A DNA stretch of 61,405 nucleotides, filler included, from Sphacelaria rigidula (GCA_964200075.2; 10 parts of 10 records of this genome joined end to end with filler, not necessarily neighbours in it), one strand, 5' to 3'. Positions 47,330 to 61,002 are shown, numbered from the whole stretch's first letter. A program made the numbers and translations. Notes: generated by a model not told the origin, from the letters alone.

Positions 47330-48854
47330 TTCTAATCCTCCAGGGGTTACTACTAGCTGTTACAAGCATGACGTGCTTACTGTCCATGGCATAACGTTTG
47401 GCGCATGGATCATGCCCAACTTCTACATTGAGTTGCTACCCCCTTGCTGTGTAACATCCTGCCACGATGGGGAAACTCCGTGCGTACCGGCATTGATCGG
47501 CAAGCCGGGTCATGCCTTACCATAGCTCCGGGATCCCTAATTTTTGTAGTCCTACGCTCCAGCGTCCAGAGAGGTTCAGGGGAGATTGTCGATGGAGCTC
47601 GTTACAGGTACACTGGCCCGTGGGAGAGGCCCACGGGCTGGTACAATGGGTAAACTGTTCGCTTCCTGAACAGACAACGGGTGTTTGGGATAACGGTGGT
47701 TGACAAAATTGCCGTAGAGTAGGAGCTTGTGTGCCTCGAGGCTCCCCCAAAGTATGTCAATAGATTACGCAGCTTGAGTCGTATCGCCCACCATTTGAAT
47801 CCCCTACTTGCAGTACAATTCGCCTATGCCCTCAGATGATGCGCATTCAATATAGCAGGCTGCCCACTATTGTATTGTAGGGTTCATCTTGTATAGGTGG
47901 GTATTTGTGGACGATGTGTAAAAGCAAACTGTGTGCCGGGGGCGGGATATACCTGTGCGCGCAAGCGCGCGCTTCGGTTGGTTAATGATGGACACTGACA
48001 TGGAGCATGGCCAGCAGTATGGTGCAGTGATAAGAAAGTTGGTCTTCATAAGTATCCTTCCCGCCATCGACGTACCCACACAATATGTCGTTTCCATCCA
48101 ACATGGACACAGCGAACGCTCAGACACCGTCATCCCCGTCAGCAGCCTCCGTGGATAAAATCGGAAGATACTATTCTCATGGCCGCATACCACCGAAGCG
48201 CCCCTCGGTCGATGACGACAACCGATGAACGTCACTCGTAGCCTCGTTTTGTCATGTCATTTCATAGATTCACTGTACAGTACAACAGTACCATAGAAGA
48301 GCGCTGCACTCTCCCGACGGCATCGTCGATACAGCAACCGCGTACCGTAGAGTGCTGCCACCTTCTCGCTATCAATTGCAGATCAAGTGCTGTTGTACAG
48401 AAGATATAGGCGCGACAGCCTCTCATCGTTGTGCCGCTGTTATTTTTTTAATCGTACACACATTCGACGACCCTCGATTACGGCAGAAGCCGTGGCCACT
48501 ACAGTAGCCAGTCAGCTTCAGAAGTACGCTGAATTCGTAATTTCTTGGTTTCTCAAAGATTTCCCAAAATTTGTTTCGCTTGCCAGTGATCATCACAGTG
48601 ATTGTTGGATGCCAAAATATGGTGATCTGGAGATATTTTAATTATCTTGACAAATATTGAAGGAAAAAAATATCTGAGATCAATATTGAGGGACTTACGG
48701 GCTTGACCGATCTTCGGGGGTCCTGCGGAAGTGCAACCTCAAGTTCTGGCTTTTCGATATTTTCAGTGGACCGACTTGATCCCGATCATATAAGTGCTGT
48801 GTGTTGTGTGTTGTCGTCCCATTTAATCTGGGCACCATTCTACACCTTCCGGTA

Positions 48855-49105
48855 TATGTGGGCGCATCAGCCGGGTTCACACAGGAGGAAGGTCAACACA
48901 GGAGCTTTTTATTTTTATTTGTTTTCATACCCCACCTTCCTTCTGCGGTGCTTGCCTTTCTTTTTTCATCGCGAGAGGGGTTCAGTACTCCCTTTCCCTC
49001 GTCGACTGTTAAGTCGAATTTTGAATGTACCCACGACATAGTCGCTCTCCACTGTTGGGCATGATGTGAGAAAAGATACCAGATCGCTCCGGGAATCGAA
49101 CCCTC
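48855..49105 (-). mobile_element. SINE family A body (head cut by contig end)
   Basis: Matches 37030-37205 and 10300-10380. Confidence 0.7.
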
Positions 49106-49205
49106 NNNNNNNNNNNNNNNNNNNNNNNNNNNNNNNNNNNNNNNNNNNNTTAATTAATTAANNNNNNNNNNNNNNNNNNNNNNNNNNNNNNNNNNNNNNN
49201 NNNNN

Positions 49206-49425
49206 TTATTATCATTATTATCATTATTATCATTATTATCATTATTATCATTATTATCATTATTATCATTATTATTTATCATTATTATTTATCATTATTA
49301 TTTATCATTATTATCATCATTATTATTATCATTATCATTATCATCATCATCATTATTATTATTACTACGTCTACTACTTCTACTACTTCTACTACTATCA
49401 TTACTATTATCACTGCTATTATTAT
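49206..49425. repeat. (ATTATTATC)n / (TAC)n compound microsatellite
   Basis: Directly visible. Confidence 0.95.
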
Positions 49426-50533
49426 TCAACAATATATATAATATTTGATCCCGTTTCATCGTTTTATCCAGCTTTCAGTCCACAAATACCAGAGTACACG
49501 CATCGTTTTTATCAAGGTGACCATGAACATTCGAAGGGTCAATCTTGGAACAGGCTTTTTTTTCACAGTAAGAGTTTGTCGCATTTCGGAACCATTCGCG
49601 TACTATTGATATTGTTCGACATGAGTGGGAACACCGAGACTCGAGTTTTTGGTGGGGTTGACATTACCAAGTGCTTCCTGGCGTGCGCATAACGCGCGTC
49701 TTGTTGAAATCGGCGCTTGAGGTCTGCCAACGTACATTTTACCCAGGGTATCCTATGCGCTCCTCTTGCCCAACGGTCCTTTTTCTGCCTTGGATAATGG
49801 GTTAGGTTTAGAATTGGAATTATATTGGCGTCACTTCGAAAATGTGTCAACCGTCATGCGCCGATTTGAGACAAGTCCAGCTCGTTTTTTCATGGAGGAA
49901 GGTCCACTTTCCCGAGAGGGTTGATAGCACAAAAGTGATTTACTCTGGAGCCACTCTGCCAGTAGAGGTAGTTGGCAACCTTGTTGCCCTTGATCTTCCG
50001 CCCCCCGTCTCGTGCGCCGCGTGTCTTGTTCCAACAGTTGGTGCAGCGGTACATACGTACACGGAGGAAGTAAATGGTCAGGTTAGCGTGTGTAGCACAA
50101 CTCGGAACAAATTCGACATTTGTTTGATACATGAAACTGCATGCACTTTCAGGTTCAGCAGTGCATGCTACAGGGGGGAGGGGGGGGAGGGAACAAGGGT
50201 ACCCCCGCTCCCCCTCTCCCCCCTTACTCTGGACAAGGATGTAGATTGCACTTAGAGAAAGTGTACTACGCTCAGTATCGAATAAATTATTTATCGTTAT
50301 AGATGCAGTATCCGATCCTGTACGTGGTAATTTTTTTTTTAATGTAATCTGTTGTCCTGGGTGTGCGAACTGTACTCGTCTCGAGGTAGTCCACGGAACG
50401 TTCGTACGAATTTTCCTTGCGTAAGTCGAAAAATTTGTCCCCAACCACCGATGCAAGCGTGAACGCACAAGAAAAAAGGTCGGTGGTACACTATAAATGG
50501 AGTAGTTTTGGGGTTCCGCGTACATTTGTACAC

Positions 50534-50860
50534 TTGAACGTAAACGCGCGCGATTACTCACGCGGGCTTTTCGAGGTAGACCTGAAGTTTGTGCACACGT
50601 GTGCTACAGGATTTCACGAAACTTCATATCCAAGTTTTTCATTTATTTTTTCGCCAGGAATGCGGGGTTCCAGGAGCCGGCGTGAGCTCTGAGGCCGTCG
50701 GGACCCCGGATTTCCGGCGAGAAGAATCTCAATCTTGATTTTTTTTGTGATATCCCATAGCACACGCACACATATCCCGTAGCACATGTGTGCAAAATTG
50801 CAGGATCCACCTTAAAAACCGCGTGTAAGAAATCGCTGGAGAGTAAATCTAAGGGGTTCA
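50534..50860. repeat. Imperfect palindrome, MITE-like
   Basis: TTTGTGCACACGTGTGCTACAGGAT versus ATCCCGTAGCACATGTGTGCAAAA, with pairing flanks. Confidence 0.45.
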
Positions 50861-51146
50861 ACCTGAACCAGACTGTGCGAGAAATCCCGCGAGACGAGGC
50901 GTGGATGTCCGCCCCGTCGGTTTCTTGGCGACGGGATCAATTTCCGTTCCGTGTCGTCCTCCCAGGAAATTGTCAAGATTTTCACGGGAATGTCACGGAA
51001 CTTCCCATATTTTTTTGCGGGGCTTTCCGTTAACGGAACTAGAACTCCCGTCCAATCTCTCGAGAAATTGGATCATATAAATACATGCCATCTAAAGCAA
51101 TTCATCTGAAGGAGGTTTCCCCGGGCTTGCCGCTGTGTCTAAGCAG

Positions 51147-51261
51147 GGCCCGAGAGCGAACAGCGACGGTTGAGGCAATGCGCCAGGAGCTGGAAGCCTC
51201 TAGGCAAGCGGCGAAGGCACGCGAGGAGGATAAGCGCATTGCCGCAGAAAAGCACAGAGAG
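51147..51261 (+). CDS. Possible isolated exon of a coiled-coil protein
   Basis: ARERTATVEAMRQELEASRQAAKAREEDKRIAAEKHRE, with cag acceptor and gt donor. No partner exon found. Confidence 0.4.
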
Positions 51262-52910
51262 GTGCTGAGAGCGAGAGCATCCGTCTATCGAGAGCGCAAG
51301 GAGGTCCTGAAGACCTCCGCGTACTCTCGTTAATTTTTTCCTTGGAGAGGGGGATCAAGACGATTGTGCGCTTGTGCGATTGCGTCTTAAATTTTGGTCG
51401 ATGTGGGAGACCTTTCTAAAAGGGATGGGACTGCAGGGGCGGGGCGGGGGAAGCTGCGATATGCTCCGGGGTGATCGATAATTTTTGATGAGATGCTAAA
51501 ATACTTGTATGTCCTGACCAACAAGTATGTGCACTTAATTCAAGAAGCATGGATACGTAGTGGACTGTGTGGTTTGTCTGTCAAGTTAATTCAGGTAATT
51601 TGTTTCTTCATGTGTGGTGGTGTGCGGTCATTACCGTGCTGTTGTAGTTTGTCTTCGTCAAGTGGCAAGTTTTTTTTTTTGCATAATGTGTGGTGTACGG
51701 TGCTGTAGTGTGCTGGTGTGCTGTAAATACCCCGCGTCCATGTGTCCTGTGTAAACCATTCCATCTCCTCTGGAGACGGCAGTTTGAGCTGTCTCACGTA
51801 GCCTTACCTTACTCCGTTCGGTTCCATCTGCCCACTCAGTCCCGTCTTGATGTACCGGTGTCAGTGTATTTTGCTTCTTCTTCTATCAAGCGGGACGATG
51901 GTGTAGCATGCTTACCGTTGAAAATATAATCACAATCAGAAATAGCTCCTTTTTCGTTTTTTCCGACGCGAGTGCAAAAGCGTCTCTTGGGAATTGTAAG
52001 GGTTGGACAACTCATCGCGGGCTCGAATCACCAAATCTACGAGTTTTTGGGGTCTGATTGCTCGAAATAGGAGGGCAGTTCGACCGCGGGTCAAAATAGT
52101 GTCCACGCAAACTTTACGCCATTCCAAATGCCCGGGGTGAGCAGTGCCAACGCTGAAAGCAATATGCCCAAGGAGGATAGGTTCGTACGGTCCGAGCCAC
52201 TCTCTCTCAAATCAAGTAATTTTCACATGAATCATCATTTGTCTGACCCTTGCAACGTTGTGTTTCATGTTTCACGTCCAGAAGTTAGAGTCGGATGGGG
52301 GGGGGGGGCGTGAGCGAACGTGCATTTTGTTTCTCAGGTGTTATATTTATGTTTCACTGGAACTCCTTTGCTCGAAAAGAGTCCGTACCTTCGGTAAGTC
52401 AATCCCGTGTCAACACGCGCCATGCATGCACCCGCATCTCACCCTGATTGTTAATCGAGAGCATTGGTTCGTTCGGCACTACCGCATGCCGTGAACATAT
52501 TGCTGTTTAGTTTGGGGGGGGGGGGGACTGAGAAGGTACAAAATAGTCTTCGTAACGCTATAATAGTACTGCTGCCGAGCCGACTCCTGTGCCAGTAGCA
52601 GGTGGACACACGGTAACCGCTGTTGTTATCAAATCGCAGCGTATTGGTCTTGGATATATATATTTTTGACGCCCCCAAGCTGAGTGAACAGTTTGGTCTA
52701 TTCTATCGCACAAGGCACGATATGAGGTTGGCGGTGGAGGTGGTCCGGTCTAGAGGACGGGAAGGGGGATGTGGCATATGATCACGCGAATGGACAACTG
52801 ACTCGCTCCCGGGTTTCATTCCATCGCTTGACTTTTACTGTTGTAAAAACTTCCTCGCCTGCCCCCCCCTCTAGATGGTGGCTCTTGTTTTTGCAAACAT
52901 TTCCAAGCTG

Positions 52911-53216
52911 CCGCGCCCCGGTGGTGTGATGGTCCGGCTGTCATCATTGGGGTGGAGGGAACGTGGGTTTGTTTCTCGATTATTTGGGTTTCGCCTTTGA
53001 AGTAACAGATTTCTACCCTCGGCAGCGTGAGTACTTGAGTAAACGGGAAGTCGCTGGCTGAGTTTTTTTTGCTTGAAGAGTTGATGCGGTGTGGAAGTGC
53101 CGACCCAATCCGCGATACCAGAATGCAAGGCATGTATTGGGGAGATGAAGTCATCCCTTGAGACTACGGACTCGTCCCGAGGAACGGGAGGCATTCAAAG
53201 TGCGATGAAAAAAAAA
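52911..53216 (+). mobile_element. tRNA-derived SINE family B
   Basis: Head CGCCCCGGTGGTGTGATGG, degenerate B box, A tail. Confidence 0.7.
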
Positions 53217-55424
53217 TCCAACAATTCACCTCCCTCGGAGCGAGTCCGTGCTCTTAAAGAGGTCGACCCATCTCGTGCCCCGTACAGTCGTTGGCACCCT
53301 GGTTATTCTAGACTACAACCATACCTCCTATGCACCTCCTCCCTCACCCTTTAGTTGAAACGAGGGGTGGTTGTACTCGTTTCATCGTTCCCAGCTTTCG
53401 TGAGGGGGGGTCGATTATACAGTAGACTACGGCAAGTGTGATTCAGGGAGAAGCGAACGGCAACTGGGTGAGCCTTCGGTCAGTGGGTTATGGACATTAT
53501 ACAGAAATACGATGTGTGCATAGCGAACAGGTTATTGTGTAACAGTGGCAAGTCTGCTATATGGGAAAAGCGCGCAAATACGCGGGAAGCGGATGTGTTA
53601 CGGATCGCGGCGTGGCGTGGTGGACAAGGGTAGCACGATGATGGGTCGTCGATTTCAAAACGACACTATGCGCCCGGAGGGCTGATTGCGAGAACTAGCC
53701 AGTACCGCTGTCAGGGGTGAGGATGTTATCCGTCAAGAGACGGAATACATGAAAATGCTTCTGTACATCTGGTGGGATTTGCTTCTTTCCAGGGACCGGT
53801 TCAACCAGGTGTCACCCTGGTGTTCACTTCTTCTCTGAAGTGCAAGTCAACACCAAGAGAAGAAGAGAAACCGAATCGGCCTGAAGCTGTGATCGAGAAA
53901 TATTCTGATGCTCGGCTTGTATCGTTCTGCGTTGGACATTCCCCACGTGCTGTGAGCTTACGATTGTTTCAGGAATAACGGTGAGACTGTAAAGATGTTT
54001 GATTCAAGCAGTGAGCAGATGCAAGAAGGTCGACATAGTAGTTAGAAATGCACTACTGTTGTGCACAATCAGAATGGTGTATTTGCACCACGTCCCTGCG
54101 TAGTCAACATAGTACATACTAATCATCACGCATCTCTATGCGCATGATTTGATTCAACTGGATGGTAGTTCGCTCTAGTACTCGGCTTGCACAGTAGATA
54201 TACGCAAGGTGGACAGCAAATCATTACCAACACTACTCTGTATCAGATGGCCCACGATACCGATCATTTCGCGCCCTGGAGGAGGGTTTCGTTGAAAGGA
54301 CGTGATGGTGAACGTACAAAAAGAATAGCCAGTGTTCGCGTGCTGATAAAAAGGTAGAGTCGACATCGCCCCGGCAGCCGGGGGACCGTTTTGTGGAATA
54401 CCGGACGGTTATCATGGTGTAGAGGTGGCTGATTAAATCAACAACCTGCATCCTCTCTATTCGTCTTGATTTCTTTCATTTTTCTGGAGCCTTTTGTTTT
54501 GCGTTCCAGTTCTTTGCGGTACTATTTTTATTCCTTGTGTGCGCCATTTTTTGAGGGATTCGTTCGTCTACATAATGACCCCTTAATTTTGGCGGTGTTG
54601 CTTCCGTACTCTAGTACACGCCGGAAAGATGACCTCGCGATTCCTGTCCACTTTGAATGTGTGCTTTTTTTTGTCGTTGTTTGTCCTCATGACCTGATGT
54701 GCAAGCTAACATCATTCCTGTTCGTTTTTTCAAGTTGAGCAGATACATCAGCGCTCTCTTCGTCTCAAGATGAATTTCGTCGTCATTTTTCAGGGGGCAG
54801 CGCGGAGAAAAGTTTCGGACACGTGCTTCCCCCCCCCCCGACGGACGGCATTTTGTCGAAAATTGTCACGATTTTTTCGATTTGTTTTGTCAATTTTATC
54901 GCAAGAAATCGATGACTGAACACTGTATTTTTTCTGGTGATTTTACACGCTGACAAGAACCGAAAAGTCTCGTGGGCTTTGCGGGGTTCGTATATCTACT
55001 TCTGCTCCTTGCCCGCTCTAACCCGATGACCTCAGATGCCGGAGGGATTTTTTTCCAGAAGAGTGTGCATACGTCATCATAATACGCACGCGATGTAAGC
55101 GTAAGTTCAGCGCCGCGGTAGCATGCAGCGCTACACCACACCCAACCACAGAACATAGAACAAGCGAATATCGGAATCCGGAAGCACAAAACAGAGGATT
55201 CTATAAAATGAGGTTTATCAATGAAATGAGCTTCGAGCCCAAAACAGTACTTTCTNNNNNNNNNNNNNNNNNNNNNNNNNNNNNNNNNNNNNNNNNNNNT
55301 TAATTAATTAANNNNNNNNNNNNNNNNNNNNNNNNNNNNNNNNNNNNNNNNNNNNCATTCTGCCACTATATGACTTCTGCTCCCTATTGCTTTGCCACAG
55401 AGGCAATTCTGTCGATCTACTGGA

Positions 55425-55775
55425 GGGGGGGGGGGGAGATATTCGTGATCTTGCATGCCATAATCATACGACCATTGACCTCGCATCCCTGCAAAGACAG
55501 AGCACACCGGGTTCTCGCCGGACCAGGCTCGCACTCAATCCCCAAGCGCGAAGCGCCGTGGTGTGTGCGGCGGGTCGCATGAAGGGTGAGCTGCATCCTG
55601 CAAAGATTGTTCGGCCCGGAGCGTACTGATTATCTTGCATTTGGATGAGAGGCTACAATGAGTTGCTTTTTTTCTGGTATCGCTACTTCCTGAGACAGCC
55701 ACGGCTTTTACACTGCCTCCTGGGTGCCTCACCATTTTTAAACACTACGTGGTACGATCATCCCCATTGTATTCC
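55425..55775 (-). mobile_element. 5'-truncated R1 copy, with G-runs (C-runs in element sense) on both sides
   Basis: Reverse complement of the R1 body. G-runs at 55425-55436 and 55776-55795. Confidence 0.8.
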
Positions 55776-55917
55776 GGGGGGGGGGGGGGGGGGGGCCCCC
55801 CAAAAATTGTGAGAGCAAATTTTCCCGTTGGGGGGGGCGAAAAGNNNNNNNNNNGCTCCTCGCTGCCGCATGGTCCTCTTTTCTCTTTTTGCTTCGGTCC
55901 GCTTTTTCTTGTTTTTT

Positions 55918-55949
<32 letters not shown>

Positions 55950-56591
55950 ATCTCCGAAAAATTGTGAGAGCAAATTTCTCAGTCAGGTCGGGCAAAGAGA
56001 TCAAGTCAAGACTGACGACAGATTTTTCGGAAGGTGTGGCATCTGATTTGTTTTTCTCGGCGATGTTTTTTTCGGACAACGTTTCGAAAAATAAGTCTGG
56101 AAGACAATACCCCGGTGATAAGGACCTCTCACGAGATTCTGGCACCCGTTTCAGGCCGCTGGGGGGCAGTGTGTCCAAGCTCTTTCGCTTTGTCTGTGTC
56201 CGTCTGTCTCTCGCCTTTCTCCTTCTTTCCCTATCATATATGTTGTGTATTTTGGTTAAATTGAAACACGGGGTAAAGAATGCTTGTAATAAATGACAGC
56301 CGTGCGTGGTTTGTACAGCACCAACAACGAACTCCGTTTCAAGGGAAGTGCATGGTCGCCGCCGTGTTGCATGTTCTCTTGCATACTATTCCGAAAATAC
56401 ACCGCTCAGCCAAAGGCGACCCCGCGGCAAACGTTTTTTTTTTCTATTTTCCCACCGTGCAAGATCGAGACGAGATTATTCAAGATCCCGTGGAGTTCCA
56501 GGTTATCTGCCGTTTTGATGATACCGGAGTACCTCGAGTATCGACTGCTCGAAATACCTAGTGTGCCGGGGTATCTCCAAACACTATGCTC

Positions 56592-56848
56592 CACAGGTCA
56601 AACAGCTCATGAGCTATCGAAAAAAACAATTAAGGACGATTTTCAGACCCGCTGTGCCAAAAACACAGAGCATATGACTGCGGGGTCAGAGAAGGTCAAA
56701 AGCTGAACCTTTGGGCTACTGTGATCGGCGTCCAGCGCTTCACGGAGAAATTTGGAAACACGGGCCGACTGAGCTAGCTCATGATCTGTATCAGTACACT
56801 AACACGATGCAGCTCAGAAGAGGCAGCTCATGAGCTGTCCGACGTGTG
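56592..56848. mobile_element. hAT-like MITE, 8-bp TSD CTATGCTC
   Basis: CTATGCTC|CACAGGTC...GACGTGTG|CTATGCTC. Internal AGCTCATGA repeats. Confidence 0.75.
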
Positions 56849-56960
56849 CTATGCTCCCACCCAAAGACTAGCAGCCGCAAGCGCTGTGTCTCAGCTTTGG
56901 TTGTAGGGGAGTCCAGATTGATTAATATAGTGCGGATTGATAAATATAGTGCATGCATTA

Positions 56961-57025
56961 TCATGTGACCACGGGTGGATCCCTGGGGGGTCAGTTAAAG
57001 TACGACAATCGAACAACCAATCAAA
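56961..57025 (+). repeat. LINE/SINE 3' end with a (CAAT)n-type tail (also 57641-57710 and 58264-58325; minus strand 2183-2228 and 58880-58908)
   Basis: TCATG(T/A)GACCACGG...CCCTGGGGGGTCAGTTAAAGT(G/A)CGACA followed by ATCA repeats. Confidence 0.6.
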
Positions 57026-57309
57026 TTAGTCAGTGCGTCGCACACGCTGGTAGCTAGTTCTCGAGAGAATGAGTCCCTGGTGGGAACCAGACAGCTAGCA
57101 CCATGTTGGTCATGGAAAATTACCTACATTTGGTACTGTCTAGGAGTTGTCTACGGGACCTGAATTACGGGACACCAGGAAGGCGCTCTCCGCATATCGA
57201 CTAAAAAAAAGACTACCGAACGTTCCGGGGTACTACTGTACCTGCCCCCAATCTGCTCGTACCCATACCCTATACCCTTACCACCCTTTTCGGACCGGTA
57301 CTTCGCCAG

Positions 57310-57522
57310 GCGCGGACGTTGGAGATGGTGCTGTTCTACGACGTGCCGAGCTGGCTGAGACCTGTTTGCTTTCTCCTTTTCTTCTCGTGGGTGGGATGGT
57401 TTGCCATGATCATCTTCGGGAGCGATTGGGTTGGCGTGAACGTTTTCGGAGGGAACCCAACTACCGTGTCCTCGTCGAGTGGTGGCGGCGGCGGGGAACC
57501 GAACGAAGGAGGAGGAAATAAG
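57310..57522 (+). CDS. SLC45/SUT(SUC)-like MFS sugar transporter, exon
   Basis: VPSWLRPVCFLLFFSWVGWFAMIIFGSDWVGVNVFGGNP resembles the SUC/SLC45 motif (W..WF....TDW.G..VYGGDP). ccag acceptor and gtacgt donor, 71 codons. Confidence 0.8.
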
Positions 57523-58449
57523 GTACGTGCTCTTGCTTCTTCTGCTGAATCGTTTTGATCGACCCTCTTTTCATTTTTTTTCCTCGTTTCCTTCTTTTTC
57601 TCAGAGCGTGTTTCAGTTTCGTTTTTCTTGGGTATGTCTGTCATGAGACCACGGCTGGACCCCTGGGGGGGTCAGTTAAAGTGCGACAGTCAATCAATCG
57701 AGTAATCAATCTTCTCAGCTTTTTGTCTTTGTATTTTGTGGTCGTGGCGGTTGTCGTTGCTGTTGCTGCTGCTGCTGCTGCTGCCGCTGGCGGTGCTGTG
57801 TTTCGTGTGTAGCCTGAACCACCCAGATAAAACCCTCGGGAGAGTTGTTGTATTCCACGGAGTGATTGGCACATTGTCCGATCAGCGGCAGGGCAAAGTT
57901 GCACTGTGGTACTTGAAGATGTACTCATTTCATTTGGTGTGCCGCGATCTTACTGCAGCGCGAGCGCAGGTCTTGCACCAAAAATAAATGCCTGCATGCA
58001 TCAAATTGCATGTAAGCACTCACTGTAAGCCGCAATCTGTTCCCACGGCCTTCGTTTTTTTTTTTTTTCATGTGATTGCGTGTGAGAGTAGTTTTTGCGC
58101 AGAACCTTTTTCCACCGAATTCATGTTACAGAGGTCGGCCGTTTCTACTTTTCATTTTTTTGTTTTTCTTTGACTACTCTTGTCTGTTGTGCCTTTATTT
58201 TTTCTCTTCACTTCTATTCAGCGAGTGTTTCCATATTGTTTTATCCCGGGTATCATACGTCTATCATGTGACCACTGCTGGATCCCAACGGGGGGATCAA
58301 TGAAGGCGCGACATATCAAATCAACAAAACCCATATAGCATAAATGAGTCACATACTTCACCCCCCCCCCCCCCTCTACCGCCTCCTTTCACAAGACACT
58401 GGGTAGGTACGAATTTAGCTGCGAAACAAACCAGGATCGGAATCACTAT

Positions 58450-58700
58450 CCTGTGGGGGAGGGAATTGATGATACCATACTCCCCCCACGCACTCACCCT
58501 TGGCCGTTGGGCCCGATCGGGATGTGTGTAGCAAAGAAAATATGACGGGAGTCGATCCGATGCGGCAACGCTGATCCCATCCTCGACACGCAAGTATCAG
58601 GCATGTAGCGGCGGGGGACATGAGTCGGCCCCTTGAGACTTTCGAGTTTGTCCCGAAGAAAGGGAGAAATTAAATTGAAAGTATGAGAAAAAGGCAAGAA
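58450..58700 (+). mobile_element. SINE family B 3' part
   Basis: Similar to 53070-53216 and to the reverse complement of 15180-15310. Confidence 0.5.
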
Positions 58701-59591
58701 GAAAGTCCTCCAGCAACAACACCCCCCCACCCCCAACCACAGCCGACACCACGCCGACCCCACATCACGAGAGAAATAGAACGAACCAANNNNNNNNNNA
58801 AAGGGAAAAATTAACTTTAAAGGAATAGAAAAGGGAAAAAAGAAAATCCGCCCCCCCCCCCCCCCCTCCCCCGGGGAGAAGATTGATTGATTGATTGTCG
58901 CACTTTAGCAACGACATGGGGATTTCTCCAAGGTTGTGTTCTGTAGGGTACGGGTACGTTCGGTAGGATACGAGATTTCTTACAGAATTTACACAACTGT
59001 CGGGTACCGGAATGGAAGTCGTAAAGAACTTCCAGGACATGCCGGGTACGGTATGGACGCTCTACAGAAGGAGACCCTTACCCGCAACCGGGTATTTAAT
59101 TTTTACAAAGGTATACCCGTGCTCCGGGCAAGGTTAAACATTTCGCACAGGTCGTAAAAAGTATCGGGTACCGGTATGAGAGGTTCTCAGGACTCACAGA
59201 ACCTAGCGAGTACGGATAATACCCGACTAAATGGCCCGGATGCACAAAAAATCGCACCCCACAAAAAAAAACATTACCTTGAAATTCCCGAAACCACGAT
59301 ATCTTTTTGTGTTTGCCAAGAGTTGGGTCTGGCCTTAGTTTCGGTATTTTCTCTCCCCTAGGACTCCCCTGAGGACGGTTAAAGAGGAAGAAATTTTCAA
59401 GGTTGTGTTCTGCAGAGTATGGATATGTCCGGTAGAGTATGAGATTTCATACAGCACCGACAGAACTGTCCAGTACCGGTACGGTATGGAGGCTGTACAG
59501 AAACCCTTACCCGCAACCGGGTATTTCTACCGGGGTGTGCCCCGTGCCCCCGGTAAGGGTGAACGTTTCATGCGAAACTCACAGAACCGTC

Positions 59592-59855
59592 CACACGTCG
59601 GAAAGCTCATGATCTACCTGGATATTACTTCTTTTGAGAGTACTGATTCGGATCATGAGCTATTAATAGCTCATTTGGTCACTATTTTCGTATCAGCTGC
59701 CGACAGCGATGGACGGCGAGCACGCGGTGAAGCGGGAAGGTAACGCCTTGGCTTCTCGGAGATTGCTGTGAAGTGTTTTTGTGTTTTTGTACAAAGGATC
59801 TGAGAGTTCTATTCGATGAGTTATTTCAGGGAGCTCATGACCTGTCCGGCGTGTG
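59592..59855. mobile_element. hAT-like MITE (same family as 56592-56848), nested in the GGGTAC repeat
   Basis: GAACCGTC|CACACGTCGGA...TCCGGCGTGTG|GAACGGTC. Confidence 0.7.
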
Positions 59856-60213
59856 GAACGGTCGAGTATCCGTATGAGAGGCTCACAGAACTCGCGGAAT
59901 TGTCCGGTCCGGATAATACCCGGGTAAATACCCGGGCTATATAAAAAATCATACCCTGCAGCACACGGCCTTGGATTTTTTTCCTCTAGTTTTACTGATC
60001 AACGTATGAAATAATACATGCACACTGGTGTGTATGTGAGTATGTATATATTACCTTGGGGTACTGTACACATACTGTCGGAGTGAGTGCATATTGAATA
60101 GCCCTGAGAGGGAATGAGTTCTACAAAGCCCTGAATCGTGCAGAGGATGAGCCATGATTTTCACACAATGGCGTCGATGATGGGGGCGAAAAAAATGTTA
60201 CCGGGGCGCAGAA

Positions 60214-60328
60214 TAGGCTTTTACTTATTATACTAGCACGGTTTTTGAAGAATTCGTTTATCTTGAAACTATTGTTGTGTTGCTATTATGTAAAACCGTG
60301 CTTTAATAGGATAATAAGTAAAAGCCTA
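60214..60328. mobile_element. hAT MITE (115 bp)
   Basis: GCGCAGAA|TAGGCTTTTACTTATTAT...ATAATAAGTAAAAGCCTA|GCGCAGAA. Confidence 0.85.
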
Positions 60329-60587
60329 GCGCAGAACCAGAAACTCATAAATTTTGGATGTGGCCTCGCCATCATACAAAACGATAGAATGGGTGGAAAA
60401 AAGGAAGGAGCGAGGACTGCCTAGGGCAGTATCCCCCACCTGTAGACCGTGTTGTTGTCAGTCATCCAGAGGTCAGAAACTGGAGTCCCGAGGCATATAG
60501 CGCTGTTTCATCAAAGCTTGTTCAAAATTTCGTGTTGGACCTATCTGCAGGCATACGCCCTCCCGGCCCGCCCCCCTCGCCTTCTCC

Positions 60588-61002
60588 TTTTTTGCGGTGA
60601 CCACGATGATGATCGAGTCACATCATATCGTACGGGGTGGTAGAACCTCAACCCGCGCAAGGGGGATTATCGTTTTACGTAGTGTTCAAATGGTGAGACG
60701 CCCAGGAGGCATCGTGTAAGCCGTGGCCGTCCCTTGAAGTGGCGATACCGGGAGTAAGAACCAACTCATGCGAGGCTGTCATCAATATGGAAGATAAAAT
60801 CGTACACCTCGGGCTGGAAAAACTGAGCAGGATGCAGGTTATCCCTCATGCGACTCGCCGAACATTTCACGGCGCTTCGCGCTTGGCGATTGATTGCGAG
60901 CCTGGTCCGGCGAAAACCCTGCGCGCCTCGTCCCTGCTTTGTAGGGATGCGAGGTCAACGGTATTACGACTACGGCATGCAAGATCCTAAGTACACCCCC
61001 CC
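60588..61002 (+). mobile_element. Apparently full-length R1 (T-run start, C-run end)
   Basis: TTTTTTGCGGTGACCACGATGAT...AGTACACCCCCCC. Both flanks are C-rich and end in CTTCTCC. Another 5' end lies at 61333-61405. Confidence 0.8.

Noticed and set aside
6096..55311. TTAATTAATTAA recurring every ~6150 bp as a periodic biological repeat or CRISPR-like array
   Set aside because: Always embedded in N-runs. It is a six-frame-stop assembly linker.
55738..56296. Poly-Pro and poly-Gly ORFs
   Set aside because: They arise from G-homopolymers and low-quality duplicated reads around an N gap.
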